A stretch of 64,000 nt of DNA from Octopus sinensis (Eukaryota). Made by a program: the position numbers and the translations under genes. Where the stretch lies: the NCBI RefSeq assembly GCF_006345805.1, contig NC_043011.1, positions 25,680,464-25,744,463 on the forward strand. The letters are read 5' to 3'. The stretch's first letter is position 1. Every line of letters starts with the position of its first letter. The notes under the pieces are model-generated. The model saw nothing but the letters and a program-made list of their open reading frames with translations. It was not told where the DNA came from and did no database searches. Below are positions 12,548-25,694 of the stretch, in pieces.

Positions 12548-13140
12548 AAATCCTTTGGTTTGCCTCACATTTCTTACTCAAAGTGAAAACTTGCATGGGA
12601 AGATCCTTCCTTAGATTAGTGGAGAAGCATTTTACACTGGATCACAGTTATAGGAAATTACTCAACAGGTGTGACTCAAAGGTCTTGTTCAGCTGTGTGC
12701 CTAGTATTAAAATAGTATTAGTGAACACCCCAACGCTCTGTGTAAAGGTAGTGTACCCATGTAGGGTTAACAGTGAGTGTCTAGTGAATGGTTAATGTAA
12801 TATAGAGGCCATAGTCAGTGAAACAGAGGTGGTGCTGTACAACAATAACATTAGAAGGATATATACACAGAAATGTGTCAGGGCAACAAAGGGTTCCTTT
12901 CAGGCCAAGTTAAATAATCACACATCCGCTTTTAGAATCCAAGAGAGGTGCAACAAGATTAATTGGAAATTGCTGGAAGTGCTTGGGCCATATCTGAATG
13001 GAAGTGGATGTAGCAAGCTTTGCTTGAATGAGAGGAGACTCATTCTAAAATATTCATACTATCCAGGTACCTTCCTGAACTCAAAGATTGAGATATTTCA
13101 TTGTTACCCTCATGAAAGGAAATTCACCTTTGGCAACCTG
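12548..13140 (+). pseudogene. Penelope-like element ORF remnant (RT thumb/linker plus GIY-YIG endonuclease)
   Basis: ILWF...VKTCMGRSFLRLVEKHF...LNR..KV.FSC and INWKLL...PY.NGS.C.KLCLNE.RLIL...LNSK.EIF..Y.HERKF match Penelope C-terminal signatures. Confidence 0.8.
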
Positions 13141-13627
13141 GTTATCTCCTTTTATGAACTAGAGGATGAAGAATATACATACACAGCTGGCACTCTTTGG
13201 TCACAACTGACATTGTCCTATGAAAGACAACTCTTCTTTCCTTCCTGGAAAGCGCTATAACTTTTCATCAATTTTTGTTCTGCTCTTTATCATCACTGAG
13301 CAAACCAGGCCTGTATATTTACCTCCAGCATAAAAGCTGTTTCTGGGAGCTTGGAGATCCATCATAATGTTGGTAGATATACTTCATCTGTGTAAGTTGG
13401 ATCTATTAATATAAATATTTATATATTTATACTTAGATATTCATCATCTAATAGTCTCCACTTTTTGCTTTCTCTTGTTTTCCATGTATACATATATACG
13501 TATTTTGTATTTCATATCCAAACTGTTATATTTAATATATCTAATTTGTTTATCTGCATAATTGGCTGTCTCTCTTACTCTCTCTCTCTCTCTTTATATA
13601 TATATATATATTTATATGTGTGTGTGT

Positions 13628-13917
13628 GGAGGCGCAATGGCCCAGTGGTTAGGGCAGCGGACTCGCGGTTGTAGGATCGCGGTTTCAAGTGTTTATTGAG
13701 CGAAAACACCTAAAGCTCCACGATGCTCTGGCAGGGGGTGGTGGTGATCCCTGCTGTACTCTTTCGTCACAACTTTCTCTCACTCTTTCTTCTGTTGGCC
13801 TGCTCACTTAGCCAGTGGGGTGGCGTCATTTGAAGGCTAAAACAATGCGAAGCGCATTGTGACCAGCAATGTGTAGCAACATCTGATAGCCTGGTCGGTC
13901 ACAGTGATCACGGTGAT
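13628..13917 (+). mobile_element. tRNA-derived SINE family D
   Basis: ggaggcgcaatggcccagtggttagggcagcggactcgcgg head; the 3' part also occurs inverted at ~49150-49260. Confidence 0.8.
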
Positions 13918-14325
13918 ATATATATATGTATATGCAGGGCCAGATCAACCTAGAAGCAAAAGTATAAAAGTAGTATATGCAACAGGTTCCATATTTTTAA
14001 GGATCTCCTTTGCTAAATGCTTTATTCCTATAAAACTCTAAAGCATTCAACTTCTATGAATGATTGTGTTTTTAAGGTGAATTGAAATGTTTTGGATCTT
14101 GGTATATTTCAATATAGGGTCAGTGGGGGAGGGAGATGTAGAGGCACATAAAAGTGGGTGTGGTGGTAAATATGATAGGGTAATGACAGCAGATATGAGA
14201 GATGTTAAGATGAAATATGGCCAAGAAGGGTGGGGAGATAACTGGAGGCACATAAGTAGATATGATAATGAGAATGAGGGATGGAACTTGGGGGAAAGTA
14301 GTAATTGGTATTGCAAAGAGTTATT

Positions 14326-14672
14326 CTTTTACTTGTTCCAGTCAGATGACTGAGGCCATGCTGGAGCACTGCCTTGAAGGGTTTTAGTCAAACAAATCAA
14401 CACTAGGACTTATTTTTGTTTTAAGACTGATACTTATTCTATCGGTCTCTTTTGTCAAACTGCTACATTACAGAGATATAAACACACCAACACTGGTTGT
14501 CAAGCTGTATGGGGGTACAAACAGATTCTTTCAGTTTCCGTCTACCAAATCCACTCACAAGGTTTTGGTTGGCCCGTGGCAATAGTAGAAGACACTTGTT
14601 CAAGGTGCTACAGAGTGAGACTGAACCTGGAACCAGGTGATTGGGAAGCAAGCTTCTTACCACACAGCTATG
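14326..14672 (-). mobile_element. SINE family A copy
   Basis: Reverse complement of the family A head and tail. Confidence 0.85.
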
Positions 14673-14994
14673 CCTAAGAATGTAATATATACAATATGTG
14701 CCAAGGAGAGATGGATATTGGGGGAAGGGTGGTAGGGAAATGAGATCTGGAGACTCTTTGATGGTGCAGGATGGGTGCACTGGATTTTTGTGTACCTCTG
14801 AGATCCAATTTACTTCAAATTAAACAAATTACAAGAATAAAATTGAACAGCAACAGTAAATGAATAAATTTACCCCCTTTTTGTTGAATACAAATTAATA
14901 AACTTGCCATTCTGTATTTCTTTTACAATGTATTAAACTCATCATGGAATAATTGAGCTTAATTTCACAGTGTTCCTATGTTTATCTAGGAGCA

Positions 14995-15318
14995 ATAGGA
15001 GCACTCTGTCGGTTGCGACAGTGAGGGTCTCAGCTGATATGATCAACAGAACAGCTTGCTCATGAAATTAATGTGCAAGTGGCTGAGCACTCCACAAACA
15101 TGTGTACCCTTAATGTAGTTCTCGGGGAAATTTAGCATGACACAGTGTGACAAGGCTGGCCCTTTGAAAAACAGATACTACTCATTTTTGCCAGCTGAGT
15201 GGACTGGAGCAACATGAAATAAAGTGTTTGCTCAAGGACACAACGTGCTGCCAGGAATTGAACTCATGACCTTACGATCATGAGCCGAATGCCCTAACCA
15301 CTAAGCCATGCACCTTCC
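14995..15318 (-). mobile_element. SINE family B copy
   Basis: Ends gccgaatgccctaaccactaagccatgcacc (reverse-complement tRNA head). Confidence 0.85.
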
Positions 15319-15479
15319 CATGTTCATCTACCTCCCACTAGCTATTTGGGCTTCTTGTGTACTTTAGAGTTACACTATATACAGTGTAACTATTGATTCA
15401 ACTTGAAAGTTACCTGAAGTGTTTAGGTATCTGTAGGATTCTTAGTCATTTATATATTAGTTTTAAATTATATATATAC

Positions 15480-15752
15480 AGATTGCCATGGATAGGACAG
15501 CCTGGACGACTGCCATCCACAATGGAGCCAGCTCCTTTGAGCAGAACAGACAACAGAATGAGGAGGTAAAATGCAGGAGAAGAAAGGAGCATCTTCAACA
15601 TCCTCAATCCACACCGACCATCCTGTACAAATTCTGCCCACGACTCTTTCACCACCGACCTGGACTTCAAAGTCAAATTCGACACAAACATCTGCTGAGG
15701 AGACTGAACAGAAACTGATGAACCCAATGCTCGGATATGAGCTGGAGCCAAC
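15480..15752 (+). mobile_element. RTE LINE 3' ORF end
   Basis: DRTAW..AIHNGASSFEQNR..EEVK.RRRK...FCPRLF..RPGLQSQIR is a typical RTE C-terminus. Confidence 0.75.
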
Positions 15753-15761
15753 GATATATAT

Positions 15762-15970
15762 GTGAGGGTGGGGCTGAACAGTTCCTGGCTTTAAGAGTAT
15801 TGTGAAAAGCCTGGTTGGAGGCCTAATCTTCTGAGTTCTTTTACAAGGCTTAGAAAAACTGAAGGACCACTGCAATGAATCTGACAGGGGTATGTTGGAT
15901 AAAATCATACTAACTGATTCTCCTATATTTTATTTTACCTAAATCTAGGAACTTTACAACACCCCCTCAT
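15762..15970. mobile_element. mariner-type MITE
   Basis: Imperfect TIRs gagggtggggctgaacagttcctgg / ctaggaactttacaacaccccctc with TA-like flanks. Confidence 0.65.
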
Positions 15971-15987
15971 ATATGTACATACATATA

Positions 15988-16142
15988 GGCACAGGCATGT
16001 GGTAAGAAGCTTGCTTCCAAACCATATGGTTTCAGGTTCAGTCTCATTGTATGGCATCTTGGACAAGCGTCTTCTACTGTAGCCTTGGGTCGACCAAATC
16101 CTTGTGAGAGGATATGGTAGATGGAAACTGAAAAAAGCCTGT
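15988..16142 (+). mobile_element. SINE family A head
   Basis: tgtggtaagaagcttgcttcc...ggtagatggaaactga. Confidence 0.85.
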
Positions 16143-16206
16143 ATATATCTAGTTTTGTGAGTGATGCATGACAAGATATGTAGAAGATAGATGCTTTCCA
16201 GCAAAG

Positions 16207-16269
<63 letters not shown>

Positions 16270-16271
16270 AA

Positions 16272-17348
16272 TAGGTTGAGTCAAAAGTTTTTGGATTTTC
16301 ACTGATGTTACTTGGCAACTTTTATCTCCATGTTATATCATTGATTTGATACAACTTATTGTCCAATCTTTGTTGAATTGCTTATTCTTAATTTTTATAT
16401 ATAACATATAAAATATAAATGTCAATTGTTTATTCCTTGATAATGAATGGTCAAAAAATTGCAATTAGAGGCTTTTTATGCTACCTTTGGAAAAAAAAAA
16501 AGACTGAGTGAAAAGTTAGTAGTAAAAGAAACCAGCAATATGGAAGGCCCAGGAATTGTCAACAAACATGTGGCACAAAACTTGTTCAAACATTTCAAGG
16601 AAGGCAAGATGTTCTTTTGTAGAAAATGCTCAAAATGGTTGAATAACAGTCAAGCACAAACATTTGTATATTGTCAGCAGAACTTGGTCCTTCACAAAGT
16701 ACCATTAATTGATACATCAATAAGCTTAGTATTATTGAGCAGATCTATTTCATTATCCTAATAAGAAAAATCAGTGGCTTTTTTTTCTGGCCAGGCTTCA
16801 GAACCAGTTGTTAAACAAGGGCAATTTGAACAGATGGTAATGTTGCGCTTTGAGCTTGTTCCAGATGGTCATGTAGTGAATGCTAGCCATTATGCTCAAC
16901 TACTGCAGTGAGTATATGATGCTTTGAAAGCCTGCTATCTGGCATTGGACAATTGAAGACACTCACCTACAACATGACAGTGCCTAAGCATACACTGCCA
17001 ATATGACCAAGTGCAAACTTGATGAACTTGAGGGGTGGAAGTGCTGTATCATCCTGCCTACAGTCCAAACCTTGTGCCATTAGATTACCACCTTTCCCAA
17101 GCCATGGATCATTTCCTACACAGATGGAGTTTCAACAGTGTAGTGGAGGTTGGAAATGGTTGCAAGGAGTTTTTTGCTTCTAAACCAGCTAAATGGAATA
17201 AGCTTGAAATTGAGCTTCTAGCACAATGGTGGCAACAGACAATAGAATATTATGGGATATATTTTGATGAATAAACACTTTTCATATGTAATCAGTTTGA
17301 ACTATTAATTAAAGCTTGAAATACAAAAAAAACTTTTGAGTCAACTTA
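16272..17348 (+). mobile_element. Degenerate mariner element
   Basis: TIRs taggttgagtcaaaagtttt / aaaacttttgagtcaactta; ORF 17035-17274 contains HPAYSPNLVPLDYHL. Confidence 0.85.
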
Positions 17349-17364
17349 TTATATTTATGTATAT

Positions 17365-18585
17365 GTAGGAGTGCCATGTTCACTTGATTTTCATATTTTC
17401 TAGATTTGACCCAATAAAAATTATGAAGGCAGCTTTGAAGAAAGGAAATTTATCCTAAAGTACAACTGGAAGTTTAAAAATGCATTTGAAGTGCAAAAAT
17501 AGTTCAGGAGGGAGCGTCAATCAAAATGACATATGCAACTTACAACCACTTGAATTAGAGGTAAGTTGAAGCAGATGGAACTGTTCAGAATGTCTGCAAG
17601 AGAAATTTCAGATGTCTATGGATATGACAAGCCTCATAAAACAAGAAAGTTACTTGAAATGCCTTGCTGGAATTCAAGAAAATCCATGCGACAAATGAAT
17701 TGGGAGATTGGAATTTCAAAATCAAGTGTCCATCACACTTTGAGGTGATGTCATTGGAAAAGTTACATTCCAAATATTGTCCATGCTCTCAATTAAGATT
17801 GTCTTAACCAAAGAGTGGAGTTTTGTGACTGATGCATGGCAAAATGTGTAGAAGATGCATACTTTCCAGCAAAGATTGTTGAGGCATTTAAATTATACGG
17901 ATCAGTTAACCACCACCATTACATCTATTGGAACCTGAGCATCTGCATGTTACAGAGGAACATCAAATTAATTTAGCAGCTGTTACAGTATGGTGTGTTT
18001 TATGAACAGGGTGTGTCTCAGGAACATCAAATTAATTAAGCAGTTGTTACAGTATGGTGTGTCTTATGAACAGAGTCAATGCTGTGACTAGTCCCATTTA
18101 CTTGAACTTCTTGTGACATTCTGTCATGACAAGCATTGAAGAGAACTTTGAAGATTTGAATTTTTATTTCCAGTAAAATGAGGCCAATCCACATTACCAT
18201 AGTAATGTAAGGGCCAACCTTGATGAGATTTAGCCAAACAGATTAATTGGACTAAGAGGTTCAGTAGAATGCCCTCTGCATTCACTGGACCTCAGACCAC
18301 TAGACACTTTTTATGGGGATACTCCAAAGATAAAGTTCATGGCACAATACCAGTAACAATTGATGAACCGAAGGCAGCACTGACTGAGAATGCACACAAA
18401 TGCAGAATGAAATGTTTAGTGATGTTTGTGATTCTATTGCTTTGTGATATCAGCAGTACCTGGACCAGAATGGTCATCAGTTCAAAAGTAGATGTTCATA
18501 ACAAAATTCTGTCTATTATATATATTTTATAAACACTGGATTTATAATCATGCACTATGAGTATGCATTTTTGGGACACCCTATC
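17365..18585 (+). mobile_element. Degenerate Tc1/mariner-superfamily (rosa/maT-like) transposon
   Basis: HTH remnant (RKSMRQ...GISKSSVHHTL), EAFKLYGSVNHH.YIYW, and FLWGYSKDKVH motifs; 3' end tttgggacaccct. Confidence 0.7.
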
Positions 18586-18714
18586 ACACATACAGTGGAC
18601 TATCTTTTCTGCTTTTCTCCTCTCCCAGATCCTGTTGTTTGAAACATCACTTTTTTTTAAGTAGGGGTGTTGGCACTATGCAAACCCATTTTTACCTCAA
18701 GGAAAAAGTAACCC

Positions 18715-19080
18715 ATACTAGTCTGGCTTTTATCCTTTGGCCTGTCCAGCAGAAGAGGCCCTACCAGGAGCTTGCACTCTACTGGCATAACTCTCAGGGT
18801 CATTGGGATATTAATCTGATCTCTGTCATTTGACCTGTCCAGCATGGAAGGCCCTATCAGGAGCTTGCATACTCTACTGACATAGCTCTCAAAGTCAGTC
18901 AGAGTACTAATCTGACCTCTATCATTTGACCTGTCCAGCACGGAAGGCCCTATCAGGAGCTTGCACACTTTACTGGCATAGCTCTCAAGGTCATTCACTT
19001 ATTAGTCTGGTCTCTACCATTTGACTTGCCTAGCATGGAAGCCCTGGTCAGGAGCTTGCACACTCTACTGGCATAGACCT
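18715..19080. repeat. Tandem repeat ~95 bp x 4
   Basis: Each unit has tttgacctgtccagcatggaaggccctatcaggagcttgca..tctactggcatag; unit starts ~18717, 18810, 18906, 19001. Confidence 0.9.
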
Positions 19081-19769
19081 TGATTCGACCTTGTAGTAGC
19101 ATAATAGTACTCTGTTGGTCATGGTGACAAGAGTTCCAGTTGATCCAATCAACAGAACAGCCTGCTTGTGAAATTAATGTGCAAGTGGCTGAGCAATCCA
19201 CAAACACACTTAATGTAGTTCTTAGGGAAACTCAGCATGACACAGAATATATAACAAGGCCAGTCTTTTGAATTAAAGGTACAACTGAGTGGACTGGAGC
19301 AATGTGAAATGAAGTGCCCTGCTCAAGGACACAATGCATCACCAGCTATCAAACTCATAACCTTATGATTATGAACTGAATATCCTAATCACTTAGCCAT
19401 GCACCCTCACCAGATACACTATATCACATGGAAGGAGAGAAAATATGCTCCCAGCTGGAATGCTGGAGTTTATTTTTTTCACAACTATCAGAGTAAGTAC
19501 TCCTCACAACCGCAGGTTTGTGAGATGGTTGTGATCTGTAAACAGTTTTGAGTAGGAAGTGGGAAGAGAAGTATGTACACACAATATGCATGTGCACATG
19601 GAATTCATAGAACAGAAGAAAAAGAATAAAAATGCAATGTGCATGTCAAAATAAAATGGAAGAGAAGAATAGAAATGCAATGTCAAACAAGTAATATGAC
19701 GGTCTGCATGCCACATCTGACACAACTATCAAGCAGCTTTGCTGCAATTTTCTTATTATTTGTTCATAG

Positions 19770-19782
19770 GGCTTCTCTGTAA
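19770..19782 (+). CDS. Candidate coding part of a terminal exon (..R-A-S-L-stop)
   Basis: Acceptor tttcttattatttgttcatag ends at 19769, then G GCT TCT CTG TAA TAG. Phase-compatible with the donor at 10169. Confidence 0.3.
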
Positions 19783-20276
19783 TAGGAATGCTGGGAACTA
19801 AACTGAAACATCTGTCTTGGACTATCTTTTTTCATTTTTCGTCTCCAAACTAAAATAATTCCTATGACAACAACAAAAACAAACATCAACGAACATTAAA
19901 CAACTATTAAAAAAATTAAAACAAAGAACACGTGAAAATTTCTTTTCTTTTAATGTATTTCTCTTTTTTCTTTTCTTTTCTTTCTTGCAACAAAAAGGTG
20001 TTTAAAATCTTTGCCAATGAATTTTTCTTGGAGGTTTAATAAAAGAGGGTCTTTGATCAAAGGAAACAGGTTTTTATTCATTTTTTTTCTTCAGAAGACC
20101 CTTTGCACCACCAAGAAATTAGTGTTGTTGTTATGCTTCCTTCTTTCTTTTCTTCTTTCTTTTCTTTGCTTTTTGGTGTTATTGTTGTTTTTTGTGTGCA
20201 AATGTAATTGTGTTGGTGTGTTTTAGTGTGTTTTAATGTATTTGTGTATGTTTTTGATGGCATTGCGGTGCTCCTT

Positions 20277-20338
20277 ATATATATATGTATGTATATACAT
20301 ACATATATACATATATACATATATATATGTATATATAC

Positions 20339-20425
<87 letters not shown>

Positions 20426-20471
20426 CATATATATGTATACAATATATATATATATATATGTATACAATATA

Positions 20472-20547
<76 letters not shown>

Positions 20548-20831
20548 TACATACATGTGTTGTCATTATCATCATCATTTAAGCGGATGTTAAACAACGG
20601 TGATGATGACGACATATATGTGTATATGTATGTATATGTGTATGTGTGTAAGTGTATATATTTATATGCATATGAAATTTGCCAATATGATGGATTGTTG
20701 TTGTTAATGTTTTTTTTAAAAGAAGTTTCATCGCATCCTTCAAAATAATTAAAAAACAAACAAGCTGATGAACAAATGTCTCATTTTATTGTTTCCATCA
20801 TATCATATAATTTCATATGGTATTTGTATTG

Positions 20832-20864
<33 letters not shown>

Positions 20865-20865
20865 A

Positions 20866-20929
<64 letters not shown>

Positions 20930-21578
20930 TATATGTATATGAACAGACTCTGACACATATATGTATATATATGTATGTATGTATATGTGCATCTGTGTTC
21001 TCTGTTCAGTTTTAGTGTGTGCTTAATATGAGTGTGTGTATGGGGCTGTGTGTACATATGAGAGTGGTTGTGTATGAGTGCATGTATGTGTTCGTATCTC
21101 TGTATAGTTTAAATATGACTGACTGTGGTTATGCATATATGTAGATATATGTATGCATATATGAATGTATATATGTCTGTGACTTTTGCTTTTTCTTTCT
21201 TTTTTACAATTTTTTTATAATTATTTTATTTCATTTTTTTCCAAATTTTGGAAGAAATATTGATGGGAGCAAATCAATTTCTTCATTATTTTTGTTAATC
21301 ATTTTTTCATCAACATTTTTGGGAAATGACTCACCCATATTATAAATGGTACAGGTATTATTATTATTATTATTGATATTATTATTATTATAATTATAAT
21401 TATAGTTATTATTATCATTATTATCATTATTATTATCATTAACATTACTATTATCAATATTATTGTTATCATTATTAGTTTATTATACTTTTTTTAAAAA
21501 TCAGATTTCTTTTTCTTTTATTTTGTATTCTTCACATATTATTCAAACACTGCAGATTTCCTGCCGCATATATATATA

Positions 21579-21626
<48 letters not shown>

Positions 21627-21749
21627 ATGTACACACACATATATATGTACATATATATATATATATATATATGTACACACACATATATATATATGTATAT
21701 ATGTACATATATATATGCGTACATATATGTGCATATGTTTAGGTATATA

Positions 21750-21807
<58 letters not shown>

Positions 21808-21930
21808 TATGCACACATGTATGTATATATACAAATGTACATATGAATGTGGTCATAATATTGACCATATATATATATACAGATATGATAATTGCCATAT
21901 TTGGCATACAGCTTATACTGTGATATATAC

Positions 21931-21994
<64 letters not shown>

Positions 21995-22190
21995 GGATAT
22001 GTATATATGTATAAATATGAATAAATTAAATAGATATGTAAGTATATGCAGATATACATGAATATATACATATGCGTGTGTATATATATCTATCTATCTA
22101 TATATATAATATATATATTTATAGAAAACATACACACAGATATATATATATATATCATATATTTATATAATATATATAAATATATAATAC

Positions 22191-22228
<38 letters not shown>

Positions 22229-22668
22229 GCATAATATAAAATGTAGTGTGTATGTGAATGCATATGTATGTTTTCCAAAAGTGTATGTGTAGTAAGCAGT
22301 AACTACCACATAGAATTAAAAAAAAACTGTTACAAATTTTTTGAGATAGATTCATGTCCGAATTATGTGCAGTTTTATAGGTCACTTCCTTTTTTTTGTT
22401 TTTTAAAAAAAATCAACAACATAATCAAATTTTTTCTTATTCTGTTATTGTTGTTGATATCGTCATGTTCTTTTTTTTTTTTTTACCATTTTCTCTTTGA
22501 TAATTGTTAATTATTGTTGTTATTGTTAATTTTGGAATTTGTTTTCTTTTTTTTTAAAATAATTCTGTTGTTTTATCCCAATTTTAAACCATTTTTTTGT
22601 TCTTAATTACAAAAAAAAAATCACTTTTTTATCTTCAAAATTCTTCATTCTTTCATTCTTTTCAATCT

Positions 22669-22700
<32 letters not shown>

Positions 22701-22719
22701 TTCTTCCTCTTCCTCTTCT

Positions 22720-22751
<32 letters not shown>

Positions 22752-23034
22752 TTCTTCTTCTTCTTCTTCCCTTTCTCCTTTCGTTCATCTCATTGTTACT
22801 ATTGTTATTATTGTTACTGTTGTTGTTGTTGTTGTTGTTGAAATGGGAAAGATTGTTTTCTTTCTGATATTTTAAAAACCTATTTTTCCCCCCCATTTCT
22901 GCATTTTCTTCTTATATTCTCCCTTCTTCTTTCTTTTTCCTTGCAATTATCATCACCTTCACTCTCATCACCATCACTTTCATCATCTTCACTTTCATCA
23001 CCACCACCACCACCACCATCACCATCACAATTAC

Positions 23035-23066
<32 letters not shown>

Positions 23067-23468
23067 CCATCAGTATCACCATCATCATCACTGATAGTGT
23101 CATTATCATCATTATCATCATCACCATTATCATCATTGTCATTACCATTGTCATCATCATCGTCCTTCTTGTCTTCATCATCTTTCATGTTACATTTACG
23201 TAAGGAGTTAGGTAACAAAATTGATTAAAAAAAAAGAACATAAAAAGTGAACCAAAATGTAACAAATCAAATATAAATACAATAAAGAAACAAAGCTTAA
23301 ACAAATAAATATGTGTGTGTGTGCATGTTTATGCATATATATATATATAACACTTCTATATATGCTTACTTACCTTTCTTCTCTCCTCTCCTACTCTCTC
23401 TATACACATGCACATATGTAAGCACTTGTGTATGTGTTTATGGATATATGTATTTGTTCATCTGTCTG

Positions 23469-23557
<89 letters not shown>

Positions 23558-23560
23558 TTG
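20277..23560. repeat. Dense simple-repeat block: (TA)n, (TG)n, (TTA)n, (CTT)n, (CAT)n, (TCTA)n
   Basis: Directly visible; explains the YI/poly-S/poly-D ORFs. Confidence 0.95.
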
Positions 23561-23878
23561 TTTACACACACACACGTCTGTAATATCTGGTGTTATTTGA
23601 CCACAGGTCAAATCTGATCAAGCTGATCTAGTATCTAAGATGACTATTTCATCTTTTTCGAAGGGCTTTCTAATCTAATGTATTTTGTCCTTATTTATAT
23701 ATATTGGCAGGGAGTAATTGGAGAAGGATTTGTCTGCTGTTTGCTGTTGGTCAAGATCCCCATATCAAACTTTTGTGTAGTAGAACATAGAGAGGAGGGG
23801 TGAGGGTGATTACCAAAGTAAAGGGAGATAATTTGAAAGCATATAATAGAGAAAAAGAGGAATGGGCTATACTCTTAT

Positions 23879-23905
23879 TGGTCAGCTGTATGACAAGGCT
23901 GACCA
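23879..23905 (+). promoter_or_regulatory. GUAUGAC-loop hairpin 1
   Basis: TGGTCAGC-T-[GTATGACAA]-G-GCTGACCA. Confidence 0.65.
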
Positions 23906-25592
23906 CATTTTCTTTTGCAGTGTTCCTTAGAGGGTACATGTTACTGCCAAATATGACAGGCACCAGGCCTAAGCTGGAATGGTTTTAATCACAGGTCTAT
24001 TTAATCGGGCTGACTTAAGATTAAATGATAAAGGTATGTAACCTATCATTGCCAATTACTAAGTCTTTTTAGATCTATTCAGCTTTATTGTATGTACCTC
24101 ATACTATCAACTGCAAAATCTTTCCATGTCTGACTTTATCACACTTACCTCCCATTATCAACTGTAAATCCTGAGAGCATTGCATCAAAAGAATTCCCCT
24201 GTTTGTTGGTTGGCTCAACTGCAGTCACTGACTCCTGAATAAGCTATAGTCATTGATTGAAACAGTGGTTAGTAACAACCCATGAGTCAAAGTTTCTGTC
24301 TCTGTTTTCCCTTCAACTGTCTTGGAAGTTCAGCAAAGTTTTAAACCATCATAACAAAAAAAAAAAAAAAAGCCCACCACCAAATCTCCCTCATGTATGT
24401 CTGTGTATTTATTTTGCTGTAGACCTCACAGAACCACCAATGGCAAGGATATATGTATGAAACAAGATAGTGTAGAATAACAGTCCAATTTGTGATTTAT
24501 TTTCCACAAAAATTACTATAATCTTTTTATGATCTGGTCTGTGCAAATAAGACAATACTTCACTGAAAAGGTCTAACAGGACTGAAATATGTCTGGAGTT
24601 GTTACCATACTTTCCCAAAATGAAACCTAATAAAACCACTAATGAATTTACCTTTGAAATTCTCTTCTCTGATTTCATCAGAAAACACGGTCTTTAATGT
24701 TAATGACTGTTCTTTCATTATAAGTTTAACTTTGAATGGTTGAGTATTTTCTTAAAAACTAATTACATGAAATATATTAGTCTACACTTAACTAAAGTTG
24801 GGTATGATGCAAATGTTATAGCTCAGGACCCTATGTTGTTTGGGAAAAAGTGATATCAAAGTAGCAAAGAGATGTAGTGAATTGATGGCTGCCATCCCTT
24901 TGTAGCTGGTTTCTTTCCTTTGTTTCCATCTCCTCTTAACCCAGACTGCAAGCAAGTCAATCCACCCTTACCCAACTCTCCTCTCTTCTCCACATTCATA
25001 TGATACTTCTGGTCCTTCTTGTTTGTACCTATCTTTTATCATATCCTTCATGTCTATGTAACTCTATTTCTATCTGTCTTCCTCTCTCTCTCTATGTTTC
25101 CCTCTGTATTTCTTTCTCACTCTGTTTTTCTCTCTCTTTCTCCCTGCATCCTTATTGATTACGGTGATATCTAATAAAGGTTCAAGGCCACAAATTTGGG
25201 TGGGAAGTGAGTGTATAGTCAATTAGAGACTGACTCCAGTATTTGACTGATAACTATTTCTAATTCATAAACCTTGATGAAATTTGAACTTTGAATGTAA
25301 AATGATGTAAACTAGTACCTGCAAGACATTTTTATTTTGTGCTTCACTTACTTAACCTTCTCCCTAAAATAAAGATACAACATTGACAACACAACACTCA
25401 CGACAACATCATTATCATCATCATCATCCTCATCATCTTCCTCAAAAACAACAGTAATGATAGCCACAAACATGTTGGTAATGGTTATGATGATTGCTGA
25501 TGGTGGGTATTCATTTCATCGGAAGTAGGAAGATGTGGTTTACAGGGAAGATGCTTTACAAATACTTCCCATTCTATCAATGCCCTGCAAAG

Positions 25593-25660
25593 GTTTACAA
25601 TTTCACAGAGGTCAAGGTTGTTCTACATAAGATTGCGACATTTGACCTTGTGTTGTAAGC
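25593..25660 (+). ncRNA. pre-miRNA-like hairpin (unassigned)
   Basis: gtttacaa..cacagaggtcaaggttgt / gcgacatttgaccttgtgttgtaagc forms a ~25-bp imperfect stem with a ~13-nt loop; no family recognised. Confidence 0.35.
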
Positions 25661-25694
25661 GTTTTTTTTTCCTTACATGTATACACATTCTAGA

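Noticed and set aside
18715-19080. Regularly spaced repeats resembling a CRISPR array
   Set aside because: Whole units repeat with no unique spacers; eukaryotic context and no cas genes.
21104-21128. Possible seventh hairpin (atagtt-taaatatgact-gactgt)
   Set aside because: The loop is ATATGAC rather than GTATGAC and the stem is short and wobble-dependent; not counted.
20078-22046. Long YIYIYI ORFs (also at 40-47 kb and 63 kb)
   Set aside because: Translations of (TA)n microsatellites.
22880-23228. Asp/Gly-rich and poly-Ser ORFs
   Set aside because: Degenerate (CAT)n trinucleotide repeat open in several frames; no splice or homology support.
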